Source of the DNA: Rhynchopus sp. YZ270_cl-10
Lineage: Eukaryota
Assembly (NCBI GenBank): GCA_964035575.1
Contig: OZ037840.1
Location: 1,116,001-1,180,000, forward strand
Length of the DNA: 64,000 nt
Direction of reading: 5' to 3'
In this document: piece after piece, positions 24,144-33,918 of the stretch
Numbering within the stretch: position 1 is the stretch's first letter
How the letters are laid out: every line of letters begins with the position of its first letter
The notes under the pieces: model-generated
Seen by the model: the letters and a program-made list of their open reading frames with translations, nothing else
Databases searched by the model: none
What the model was told of the DNA's origin: nothing
Position numbers and translations under genes: made by a program

Positions 24144-25730
24144 TTAGGGAGCACAGCGAGTCCCTTTTTTCTGTAACACTCAACAAAAAATCATGAAAAA
24201 GTGTAAAAAAAATATCCGAAAACACAAAACCACCCCAGAAAACACATTTGTGGCACTATTTCTTACTTTTTGATGCCTTTTGGCACTTTCCCCCCCGATT
24301 TTTTGACACTTTTTGACACGTTTTCACCCAATTTCCCCCTTCTCTGAGGGTATTTGATAGCAGGGCGATTTATAAAGAAATTCAAAAATTTAAAATAGTC
24401 CAAAACAAGAGGAAAAGTGGGGTTTTCCAGTCAGATGTGTGCACAGAGTGATTTCTGGGGGGTTTTGGGGCCAAAAGTCCAGTTTTTTCAATGTCTTCGC
24501 TGAAAATATTGAATTTTTTTTATACACAAAAACCACATTTTAGCCGGGAGGGGCCAACCGTTACACAACCGTTACACACCTTCTATTTGGACCTCCGGGC
24601 ACCAAAATCGACCAGAAAATGGTTGTAAATACGATTTTTCAACCCCCATAAGGTATCTAAGATCAACCCCGGGGGTATTGGTGCCTTCTATGGACGTTTT
24701 GTGGGCGATTTTTGGGTTTTGGAGTGACGAAAAGGCCTAAAAAACGAGGTAAAAACTGCCCCCTTTTCTGTCTCATCCACTCAAATACACGCTCGGGCCC
24801 CAATCTGGACGCCCAAAAGCTTCGAAACCTACATATTTCCACTGCCGGACCTCACCGGAGGGGACGTGGGGTGGTTTTCGGCACCTTAGAAGAAAAACTG
24901 TGCTCCCGGATCCATTTTTTTGAAAGCGTTACATTCCTAGAGGAAATCTTACTAAAATCTTACTATTTTCGGAGCCGTTTTTTCGAAAAAAAGTGATTTT
25001 TTTTCGAAAATAAACGCTCGGTTTTGGTTGTTTGGGGTTTCATTGGGCAGAATCGACGAATTTTAGGCCACTTTGGGACCAGGTAGACCCACCTTGGCGG
25101 GTTTTATGACTTTTTTTCAAAAAATTCTTGAAAAAACACGAGCGTTACAGAGGGTCCTTAAGGATTTCCTTAAGGGCTGTGCCCCCTACGGGGGGGGGTA
25201 GGTACGGTATTTTTTTTCTGCCCCGAGATTTTCCGTTTTTTTTTTTTTTTTTTTTCTTTTTTTTTTTCGCCAAACCGCAAAACCCGGTTTTTGCGGTTTT
25301 GAAACCGCAAAACAGCACCTAGCTAGTGCCCTGATTTTCGGGTATTTGCAATGGAGCTTCAAATGTTTCGTTTTACAACGTGACAAGAAATGAGCGATGT
25401 GACGAAAGATCTCGCTCCGCACCAGAATGATAGTTACAATTTGCGGGAATGAAAGCGAGAAAAAAAGTCCCCCCTGGAGTCCCTTTCTTCTCAAGACCCA
25501 GCATGCCACCTTACAGGACACAATAAAAACAGTTCGCTTCTGTCACTTTGACAGATTTACACAAAAGGAAGCTAGGAAAGAGGCAGGGTGAGCTGGGCGA
25601 CTACTACTTATGAGGGTGACTCAGCTACGAGAGGCCTAGGTTCATTCATCAAGACACGTCTTTTTTTCCCCCTTCCTTTTGTGACAGCAGATATCCGGAG
25701 AACGATTTAGCCTGTTGGCTTTGTATTTTT

Positions 25731-26036
25731 ATGGTAGGGCCACAGTATAGCATGGTGCTCTGGAGGATGCTTCTGTGTGTCACATTGCTGCATCCTCTAG
25801 CTGTCGCAGCCACTCAGCACATCATGGCAGACGTTCAGGCAGAAGGGGAGACGCACCAACCGATTGTGCTGATGGGTGTTCTCGCCTCGTCACCACCACT
25901 GGCACCGCATTGGGCCTCCTGGTCATCGCTGGTTGCGTGCGGGAAGATAGTGACGTGGAGTGCAGACGGGACGCCAAAGAAACGGTCCTGTTCACAAGGC
26001 GGCTTTCCTTCGTGGATACCTGCGTCCAGGACGTAA
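25731..26036 (+). pseudogene. 5' fragment of a family B gene (signal peptide + first ~90 aa) fused to the upstream region of gene A2
   Basis: 25731-26009 is near-identical to the start of B1 (30853-31131). The sequence switches at ~26026 to CCAGGACGTAAACAG, which matches the A1 upstream region at 6682; stop at 26036. Confidence 0.85.
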
Positions 26037-26179
26037 ACAGTCGCCCCTCCCCCGCTTTCGCACACCTCACATATTTGTCCACCTCTGTCCCCACGTTCAC
26101 TCTCTTCTCGTTTTTCGTCTGTCCAAGCAACCACCACACCACAGATACCCCACCCCGATCCCGTGGGAACAGTACAAAG

Positions 26180-28726
26180 ATGTCTGCAGGTGCAGAGGTC
26201 ACGCCACCACCACGGAAGGGCGTGTCGTTCCGTCCACCCATTCTGTGTGTGTTTGCTGTTGCAACTCTGGTGTCGACAGGTGCGTCGATGGGGGGTGGTC
26301 TGGTGATGTACTTCGAGAGTCTTGCGTCGCTTGAGGTGACTGTGGAGACAACAAGCAAGAGCGAGATGGAGGGACTCGAGAACACACTCAAGACACTTCT
26401 TGTCCTCACGACGTACACAGCAGACTCTGTGCGTGCCTTCCACTACAACAACGAAGTGGTCTCGAGCCACGACCCACGGGTCGTCTCAAACCAGACACGT
26501 GCCTTCAGCTTCAGCAACACAAAATCTATGCATCTTGGTGGTGCTGGGTACGTCCTTGTTCCGTACGACATCGCCGATGGTTCAGGAGTGTACAGCCTGC
26601 TATGGAACGAGCCGCTCAAGGAGAAGGGAAAATTTCACTACGTGCACGGGGAACACCACAAGTACCTGAACCACAAGGAGGGGCTTGAGTACTTTCCTGT
26701 GAACCACTCTGCTGACCCGCCAGTGCCAACAAAGATGATGGTCCACACGAGCTTTGTGGATGAGGGAACAGGTGAGTTGGGAGAGTGGGTGTACGACTGG
26801 AATGGTGTGACCTACTTGACAGACATGTTACCGCGCGACTACGACCCACGTGACGGAGTTCCTCCACCAGGTTGGGATGCAGGTCTGTCTCAAGCTGTGG
26901 GTCACAAGTGGCGTCCACCACGTGCCTGGAGGTCTGTCGATGGTTCTGTGTACACATACTCTGGGTACGACTCGGTGCACGTGCCACCCCCAGCACCACA
27001 CCCGTGGAGCAAGTACAGAGCAGTGCTGATTGTCGGTGTGCACATGTTCCTTCCGTGGCAAGCGGACCTGGACGACTACAAAGCACGCAGCGCTGAGACG
27101 ACAGTTGCTTTGGTGGACGCAAAGTTGCGCATCGTCTTTGCATCCACGACAGGACGGTCCATGATCGACAGGTGCATGACCATGGAGAACAGCTTCTCTG
27201 TGACAAGCCCGCTGTCCTGTGCGACACGAGTGGACGAGATACCGTCCCTGAAGAAGGCGTTCGACGACTTGGTGGACGAAGATGTGTACGAAGGGACGTT
27301 CCGGACGATGACACTTGACGGTGAAGAACACTTTGTGCGTCGGAGTGCGAACTTCCACCAGGACCTGTTCCTGTTGTGGTACCGCCCGAAGTCGACTGTG
27401 CAGGGGAAGGTGCAGGAGGCGCTGGTTGTGCTGATCATCTTCACAACTCTGGTGTTTGCGTTTGACCTGCTGGTGTCGACGCTCGAAGTTGTCTTCATTG
27501 CGCAGCCGATGCGGCAGCTCTCTGCAGCCATCCAGAATGTCAGCAACTTCGAAACGGAATCTGCCACTGCTGCGATCTCACGTTACGACAACGCACATGT
27601 CGTGATCAAGGAGATCAACTCGCTCATGGTGGGGATGCTCTTCACCATCCAACGCCTGGAGGAGTTCCGCACCTTCATGCCGCAGTCTGTGGTCCCAGGC
27701 CAGCAGGACGAGGCAGAAGAGTCGGCTGGTCAGTCTGTAACTTCCTCGTCGGAAGGGAGCTCTGCAGTGTCCCGCATGTCATCCTCGCAAAGTGCATCAG
27801 CAGGTGCACCAGCAGGCGCACCTACAACTACTCTGCTTGGCCTGCACCTGACAAGCAAGGATGTGGGGCTACTGTACGTGAACGCACTCGGGTGGGACAC
27901 ACGCCAAGACAGCGAAGGTGTGCTGCGTGCGAGCAACGCGCTTGCTGCATACGTGCTGGGCTGTGTCGCACAGCACTCAGGTGTGCTGGACAACTTCTCG
28001 GGGGACCGCTACCTCATTGGGTGGAACACTGCACGGCGTACGTGCAGCCCTGCCACAGCAGCATGCAACACAGCACTGCGCATGTCTGCAGGACAGGGTG
28101 GTGTGTGTGCGTTCCGTCTTTCCTGCGCTATCGCATTCGGCCCTGCGAAGGTGGGGAACGTGGGCACAGCACAGCTGAGGCGCTTCTCTGTGATCACACC
28201 TTTGATTCCGTGGCTGATGACGATGGAGGCATACGCGAAGACCTGCAATGTACCACGTGTCACCGATGATGCAACTGTACGCCACTTGGAACGGTCTATT
28301 ATATGCCGTGTGTTTGATGCTGTTGTGCGTGAGCGCCAAAACAAGGTGGTGCCACTGCTGGAGGTGCTGCACGGAGAGGAGGCGACGCCTCAGGAGTGGA
28401 TGTACGAGCTCATGGAGATGGACGCGAAGGGCGGCGACAGCCAGAGTGTGAACAGCATTGCACGCTCCATCTTTAAGGGCGACTGGGACGCTGCCGAGAA
28501 GCACCGTTTGGTGATGGCAGAGGGAAACACCCTTGCCTCTGTCTGGACAGAGGCCTTGGAAAGGAGAAAATTCCACCCGCTGCAACGTACGATCTCTCGC
28601 AGCAGCGAAACGGTGCAGCTTAATACCACAGAAGACACAGCACAGTCGCACGCAAGCACAGAAGCAACAGAGTCGAAAACCACGGAAGCGCTGTCAGTAT
28701 CCCCTGCATTGGACAATGTGTGTTAG
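26180..28726 (+). CDS. Family A receptor (A2), close paralog of A1
   Basis: ATG 26180 (MSAGAEV) and high nucleotide identity to A1 along its length. The ORF-track extension to 25775 reads the B fragment out of frame. Confidence 0.85.
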   Translation: MSAGAEVTPPPRKGVSFRPPILCVFAVATLVSTGASMGGGLVMYFESLASLEVTVETTSKSEMEGLENTLKTLLVLTTYTADSVRAFHYNNEVVSSHDPRVVSNQTRAFSFSNTKSMHLGGAGYVLVPYDIADGSGVYSLLWNEPLKEKGKFHYVHGEHHKYLNHKEGLEYFPVNHSADPPVPTKMMVHTSFVDEGTGELGEWVYDWNGVTYLTDMLPRDYDPRDGVPPPGWDAGLSQAVGHKWRPPRAWRSVDGSVYTYSGYDSVHVPPPAPHPWSKYRAVLIVGVHMFLPWQADLDDYKARSAETTVALVDAKLRIVFASTTGRSMIDRCMTMENSFSVTSPLSCATRVDEIPSLKKAFDDLVDEDVYEGTFRTMTLDGEEHFVRRSANFHQDLFLLWYRPKSTVQGKVQEALVVLIIFTTLVFAFDLLVSTLEVVFIAQPMRQLSAAIQNVSNFETESATAAISRYDNAHVVIKEINSLMVGMLFTIQRLEEFRTFMPQSVVPGQQDEAEESAGQSVTSSSEGSSAVSRMSSSQSASAGAPAGAPTTTLLGLHLTSKDVGLLYVNALGWDTRQDSEGVLRASNALAAYVLGCVAQHSGVLDNFSGDRYLIGWNTARRTCSPATAACNTALRMSAGQGGVCAFRLSCAIAFGPAKVGNVGTAQLRRFSVITPLIPWLMTMEAYAKTCNVPRVTDDATVRHLERSIICRVFDAVVRERQNKVVPLLEVLHGEEATPQEWMYELMEMDAKGGDSQSVNSIARSIFKGDWDAAEKHRLVMAEGNTLASVWTEALERRKFHPLQRTISRSSETVQLNTTEDTAQSHASTEATESKTTEALSVSPALDNVC

Positions 28727-29744
28727 TACTCCACTGTGCAAGAAACGAGCTAAGGGTGCTGCTTGAATGCCCTTTCACTTTCGCTCGATACGATGATGTC
28801 TGTTATGGGTAATTCCCATTTGTGTGAAGTATAGCAGTCTATTCGATGTATGGTCTCTGGGTGATGGTGGCGCTTCCGCGGCACCGAACCAGGGTTGGAG
28901 GTGCGTCTATTGACCCGGTTTCATGTCCGGGTCAAAAAAAATAATTGGGATTTTGGCGAAAAACCCGGTCTGGAAAGAAATAAAATGGGAAAATCGGCTA
29001 TTTTGGTACCTTACACGAGCCTCTGAGAGTGACCAGAAATGGCCTCATGAACAAAGTGACCCCGTCACATCAGGAGACGACTCGAGTCAACGCCGAAGGA
29101 AAAGGAATGGCGAAGAGAAAAAAAATTAGCGCACCGTCACCTGCCGCGCTAGCTTGCAACCCACCCTTCCGAGGGAATTTTAAGCGCAATTTTTAGAAAT
29201 GTTGCGCACCGTGGCTTCGCCAGGAGCCTTTGGGTGATATGACTTCGCCCATCTCCCATTTTTTTTCCCCAGTTCTTTCGAACTTTCACAGCCCTTCTCA
29301 ACCAACTTTGCCAGGGAGATCGCGCGCGAAGCGCGCGCGAGGTTTTTAATTTTTTTTGCTTAGAATTGTACATGTTGATAATACACATGCACTTTTTTTA
29401 TTTTTGGAGGAGCTGCGTAGGTCCTGGGTATTCGCAATGAAGCTTCAAATGTTTCGTTTTACAACGTGACAAGAAATGAAGCCATGTGACGAAATATTTT
29501 GCTAACCAAAAGAAAACCGACGCAGGAGCTTTTCTTGGAACTGTTTTATTCTCCCCACCCCAACAACATCACATTTCAGAAAAACATTGTTTTTTCGTTT
29601 GTGTTCACTTTCTTTTCTTCTCCCTCACACCTGTTTGCTGTGAATTAAATTTTTTCGTTTCCCTCCCTCCCTCCCTAATTTGTGTCTTTTATTTTCCAGT
29701 TTGTTCGAACCGTTGAATTGTAGGCCCTATGGTGGTCAGGTGGG

Positions 29745-29978
29745 CCCTTTTTGTTTCAGTGTGTTACATGCGGAGGGTCCTTAGTTGGCCTAGTGAACCT
29801 GAATTACCCCTTGTTTCAGTGTGTTCATGCGGAGGGTCCGAGTTGGCCTAGTGAACCGAAATACCCCTTGTTTCAGTGTTCATGCGTAGGGTCCGAGTTG
29901 GCCTAGTGAACCTGAATTACCCCTTGTTTCAGTGCGGCCATGCAGAATGGACCTGAATCACCCCTTTGTTTCAGTGAA
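29745..29978. repeat. ~57-bp minisatellite (CCCCTTGTTTCAGTG..CATGCGGAGGGTCCGAGTTGGCCTAGTGAACCTGAATTA)
   Basis: TTGTTTCAGTG recurs at about 29751, 29811, 29868, 29924 and 29966. Confidence 0.9.
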
Positions 29979-30414
29979 CCACCCCGTGAGCGCGGATCAC
30001 CCGTTGAATGGCCTTGCCTCTTGAAGGTTCTGGTCAGGTGGTGCTCAGGGTGTAAAACAGTTTTTGTTTAATGTGTTCCACTCATTGTGTTGCAGGGTGT
30101 AAAACAGATTTTTGGGGCGAAGTGGAGTTCAAAGTGTTAAACAGATGTGTGTTCAGTGCGTACCTCGTGTGGTATATCTTGGAACTCGCAAACGCGAGTT
30201 TTCCTGGAAGCGCAGGAAAAATGACTGGGGAGTGTTGGTGGCTCCGTGACGCCACAGAGCCGGCACACTCGTTGAGTGCCTCACAAAACCTAAAATTATT
30301 CCGCTTTGATTTTATTTATTGTCTTCACGCTATTGATTCACGCCTATATTGTTGTTGTTGGGTTGGGAAATAAAATCTGCACCAGAATGATAGTTACAAT
30401 TTGCGAGAAAAAAA

Positions 30415-30548
30415 GGTTGAAACTTAAGGAACTTAAGGAATTGACGGCATGACGCCACCAGACGTGGAGTATGCGGTTAATTTGACTCAACACAGGGAAT
30501 TTTACTAGGTCACGACAATGGAAGGAAAGATTTACAGATTTGAGCACT
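30415..30548 (+). pseudogene. Short SSU (18S) rRNA-derived fragment
   Basis: GAAACTTAAGGAATTGACGG...CACCAGACGTGGAG.ATGCGGTTAATTTGACTCAACACAGGGAA...TTAC matches the universal SSU central region; carries a small AACTTAAGG duplication. Confidence 0.85.
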
Positions 30549-30774
30549 GCCCCTTTTTTACTTTTTATTTCTTTCGTTCCTCTCCCCCCCTGTAGTCTTT
30601 TTCTCCTCAAGGCCCAGCATGCCACCTTACAGGACACAATAAAAACAGTTCGCTTCTGTCACTTTGACAGATTTACACAAAAGGAAGCTAGGAAAGAGGC
30701 AGGGTGAGCTGGGCGACTACTACTTATGAGGGTGACTCAGCTACGAGAGGCCTAGGTTCATTCATCAAGACACG

Positions 30775-30806
30775 TCTTTTTTTCCCCCTTCCTTTTGTGA
30801 CAGCAG
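30775..30806 (+). promoter_or_regulatory. Polypyrimidine tract + CAGCAG, candidate acceptor for B1
   Basis: TCTTTTTTTCCCCCTTCCTTTTGTGACAGCAG about 45 nt before the ATG; duplicated at ~25660-25690. Confidence 0.5.
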
Positions 30807-30852
30807 ATATCCGGAGAACGATTTAGCCTGTTTGATTGGCTTTTGTATTTTC

Positions 30853-33800
30853 ATGGTAGCGCCACAGTATAGCATGGGGCTCTGGAGGATGCTTCTGTGT
30901 GTCACATTGCTGCATCCTCTAGCTGTCGCAGCCACTCAGCACATCATGGCAGACGTTCAGGCAGAAGGGGAGACGCACCAACCGATTGTGCTGATGGGTG
31001 TTCTCGCCTCGTCACCACCACTGGCACCGCATTGGGCTTCCTGGTCATCGCTGGTTGCGTGCGGGAAGATAGTGACGTGGAGTGCAGACGGGACGCCAAA
31101 GAAACGGTCCTGTTCACGGGGCGGCTTTCCTGCGATAGCAGCGTGGATGCGTGCCACTGCAGTGGGAAGCAGAGGCACCATCAAAATCTTGTCGCCTGAC
31201 TTCCGTTCGCGAACCGTGAGAGCACACCCCATGGGGCTTGCTATAAATTATGAGGCATGGGAGCGTCTTGGGCTTGACGTCGTGACGCTCAGAAATGAGT
31301 ACCTAATGACCTCCCGACAGAAGCCTGGTGCCTCTGCAGCATCGTTCATTGAAAACTCGAAACGCCCCTTTCTGCAGTCAGACATGATCATCACTGAAGT
31401 GTACGCGTCTCTGTACGGTCTTTTTGTGGATGTGTTCATGAAGCAGGTTGACGACGTGCTGATTGGTGTTCTGGTGATATGGTCGGAACGGTTGGGAAGC
31501 AGAATGGAGCGGAGCTTTCCACATGGCGACCTGCTGCCAGTGTTGACGGCGCGACTGCGGAAGAGAGGGGTGGTGCAGATAGTGGTCCTGCGGATAGGGC
31601 ACACCACGGGCAGTGCGAGGGAGGAGATGGTGGAGCTGACAGGACACGACATCGATGTGGTGTTATACGACGGCGGAAAGCTGAAAGAGGCAGGCACAGA
31701 GGAGCGACTGGCCTCCTTCCGGAAGAACGGGACTGCCATCATCGTTGCAGAAGAGTACGTTGGAGGTGATGCCTACCCGTTCGTCGCACTCAGCCTCGTC
31801 CAGAGCAAAGCCTCACAGACATGGAGCTACACCTTGAAGGAAGCAGTGCCGCACAGCACGCTGCCACCTGGGATTGACGTTGGCCCTGACAGTGCGTACA
31901 TGGAAGATCTGATATGGGCACAACGCCAGGTCGATGCAACACGTGACAATGACTACGTGGTGGCGACATCGCTAGAGATGATGCCTAGCTCGCATGCGTG
32001 GGGCACGTTGCCGTGTCGTGAGGGTGAGTGTGAGTTGGGACGGATGACAGCAGACGCCTTTTTACATCAAATGCAGACGGACGTTGCCCTTGTGAACGCA
32101 GGCTCGGTTCGTGGTTACGGCTGGGATGCAGGCAACATCACGATCTCCCATCTGTGGCAGACGTTTCCCTTTGCGAACACACTGTGCAGAGTCAACGTCT
32201 CGGGGACTGTGCTCCTGTCGATACTGAACCACGGTGCAAGCAACCTTCTGCCGACAGGACGCTACAACAAGTCTACTAAGTTAGGTCTCTTTGCGCAGGT
32301 CGGTGGTGTGCGGTACGGGATCAACCCAACGCTTGATGTGCCCTTGCGTGTGTTCTCTCCTGAAGTGCTCGACACAGCCTCGGGTGAGTACCGTGAGATC
32401 GAGAGAAGACGGCACTACAGTGTGGCGCTGTCGTCCTTCCTTGCAGGCGGTGGTGACAACTATGCTATGTTCAACCCCGACACACGCACCTACCAAGAAG
32501 GGTCGCTGGACTGCACACTCACAACGGTGCTCGAGGCAACTGAAGCATACCTGCAGCACATGGGTGAGTACACCCCCTTCCTATCAGGCGCGATCTGGAT
32601 GAATGACACCGAAGCAGCACTGATACTGCAGAACAAGACCCGCGATAATTGTACGAAGTACCAGAGGTATAACGCCTACTGGGAGGACTGCGTGGACTGT
32701 CCACCGGGCTTCTGGCACCCAGAGCCGGATACGGAGTTCTGTGTGGAGGACGTGAAGGACGGGGAGAACAACACAATCCTGGTGGTGGTGCTGGCAGTGT
32801 TGGGTGGTGTCGTCCTGCTTATATTGATCCCGATTGCGTGGAAGATGACAGAGAAGCAGCGCCGCATCAACGCGCTCTTCAACAACAACAAGATTGCAGA
32901 GGAGTGTGCCATTGCGGTTATGGACCTCCGTCTTGGCGACCTTGACTACCTCCACGAGCTGGAGAAGCCGAACACGATTCAGTCTGCGTTTATTGCCATC
33001 ACGAAGCAGATGAAGGTGTACATGGAGTTTATGCCCAAGAACCTCATTGCGAACTGCCAGGTAACAAGCGACTCAGATTCTGCTGAGTCTGAATCCTCAC
33101 ACGCGTCGCACACTTCCGTGCACAGCAAGTCATCCAATAGTTTGCAGAACAGAGGCCGGCACGCGACGCTGAGGCTGACCACAATGTTCATCAAAACCAA
33201 ACACATAACCGCACTCGCACTGAACAGCAAGGGACACCTGTACAATATCAGAGGTGATGTTGTGGCGAAGCACTCAAACTTCATCGAACAGTTCGCGGAA
33301 GCCATTACGTTGAACAAAGGCATTGCCGAGACACTGAGCGGTGACAGGATGCTTGCCACATGGAACACTGTGACCGAAACTGTGAACCAAGCGATGCACT
33401 CCTGCAAGGCAGCGCTGGCCCTGCAGAAGGCACTCGAGAATACAATGTACATCGGCATCGCAAAGGGTTCTGCACTGTTCGGGCTGTTTGGCGGGGAAGG
33501 CACCAAGCGGTACGATGTGCTGGGCAACGTGATCCCGTCTGCCTCGCTGCTGATGGTCCTGAACAAGCAGTACAACAGTTCCATCCTGGTGTCGCCCGAG
33601 GTGGAGAATGAGGGGAACTTATTTTACTACTATAAGATTATGGACTACGTTTGTTACAGGAAACTCGGGGCTGCGTGCTTTGTGTGTCAACTTACGTCAG
33701 CGAAGGACATTAGTGGTGAGGAGTGGATGTACACACTTGAACTCGCAGAAGGCAAGGATCCTTGGTTGGGTCTGAACACTGCGTGGCACGACTTCATCCA

Positions 33801-33918
33801 ACAGGGCAGTATACCCAAAGGCAACGGAGTGGAGCTGAGTGGCATTCTGGCTGAGCTTTATGAGAAGAAGCACAAGGGTGAGTATGTGGCAGAGTCCGCA
33901 CCTCTGGACCTTATGTAA
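30853..33918 (+). CDS. Family B receptor (B1): signal peptide + degenerate metallophosphoesterase + 5'-nucleotidase C-terminal domain + Cys-rich repeat + TM + HAMP-like + degenerate class III cyclase-like domain
   Basis: 5'-nucleotidase/apyrase-family motifs GGFPAIAAW, REGECELGRMTADAF, DVALVNAGSVR, GNITISHLWQTFPFANTL, FAQVGGVRY, YSVALSSFLAGGGDNY; CVDCPPGFWHP..C repeat; TM ILVVVLAVLGGVVLLILIPIAW; cyclase-like ETLSGDRMLATWN and KRYDVLG. The exact start ATG is uncertain. Confidence 0.85.
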   Translation: MVAPQYSMGLWRMLLCVTLLHPLAVAATQHIMADVQAEGETHQPIVLMGVLASSPPLAPHWASWSSLVACGKIVTWSADGTPKKRSCSRGGFPAIAAWMRATAVGSRGTIKILSPDFRSRTVRAHPMGLAINYEAWERLGLDVVTLRNEYLMTSRQKPGASAASFIENSKRPFLQSDMIITEVYASLYGLFVDVFMKQVDDVLIGVLVIWSERLGSRMERSFPHGDLLPVLTARLRKRGVVQIVVLRIGHTTGSAREEMVELTGHDIDVVLYDGGKLKEAGTEERLASFRKNGTAIIVAEEYVGGDAYPFVALSLVQSKASQTWSYTLKEAVPHSTLPPGIDVGPDSAYMEDLIWAQRQVDATRDNDYVVATSLEMMPSSHAWGTLPCREGECELGRMTADAFLHQMQTDVALVNAGSVRGYGWDAGNITISHLWQTFPFANTLCRVNVSGTVLLSILNHGASNLLPTGRYNKSTKLGLFAQVGGVRYGINPTLDVPLRVFSPEVLDTASGEYREIERRRHYSVALSSFLAGGGDNYAMFNPDTRTYQEGSLDCTLTTVLEATEAYLQHMGEYTPFLSGAIWMNDTEAALILQNKTRDNCTKYQRYNAYWEDCVDCPPGFWHPEPDTEFCVEDVKDGENNTILVVVLAVLGGVVLLILIPIAWKMTEKQRRINALFNNNKIAEECAIAVMDLRLGDLDYLHELEKPNTIQSAFIAITKQMKVYMEFMPKNLIANCQVTSDSDSAESESSHASHTSVHSKSSNSLQNRGRHATLRLTTMFIKTKHITALALNSKGHLYNIRGDVVAKHSNFIEQFAEAITLNKGIAETLSGDRMLATWNTVTETVNQAMHSCKAALALQKALENTMYIGIAKGSALFGLFGGEGTKRYDVLGNVIPSASLLMVLNKQYNSSILVSPEVENEGNLFYYYKIMDYVCYRKLGAACFVCQLTSAKDISGEEWMYTLELAEGKDPWLGLNTAWHDFIQQGSIPKGNGVELSGILAELYEKKHKGEYVAESAPLDLM

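Noticed and set aside
25775..26179. 135-aa N-terminal extension of the 983-aa ORF
   Set aside because: It is the B-gene fragment read out of frame plus the A 5' region; the paralog A1 supports a start at ATG 26180.
29745..29978. CRISPR-like array
   Set aside because: The inter-repeat sequences are themselves near-identical, so this is a minisatellite.
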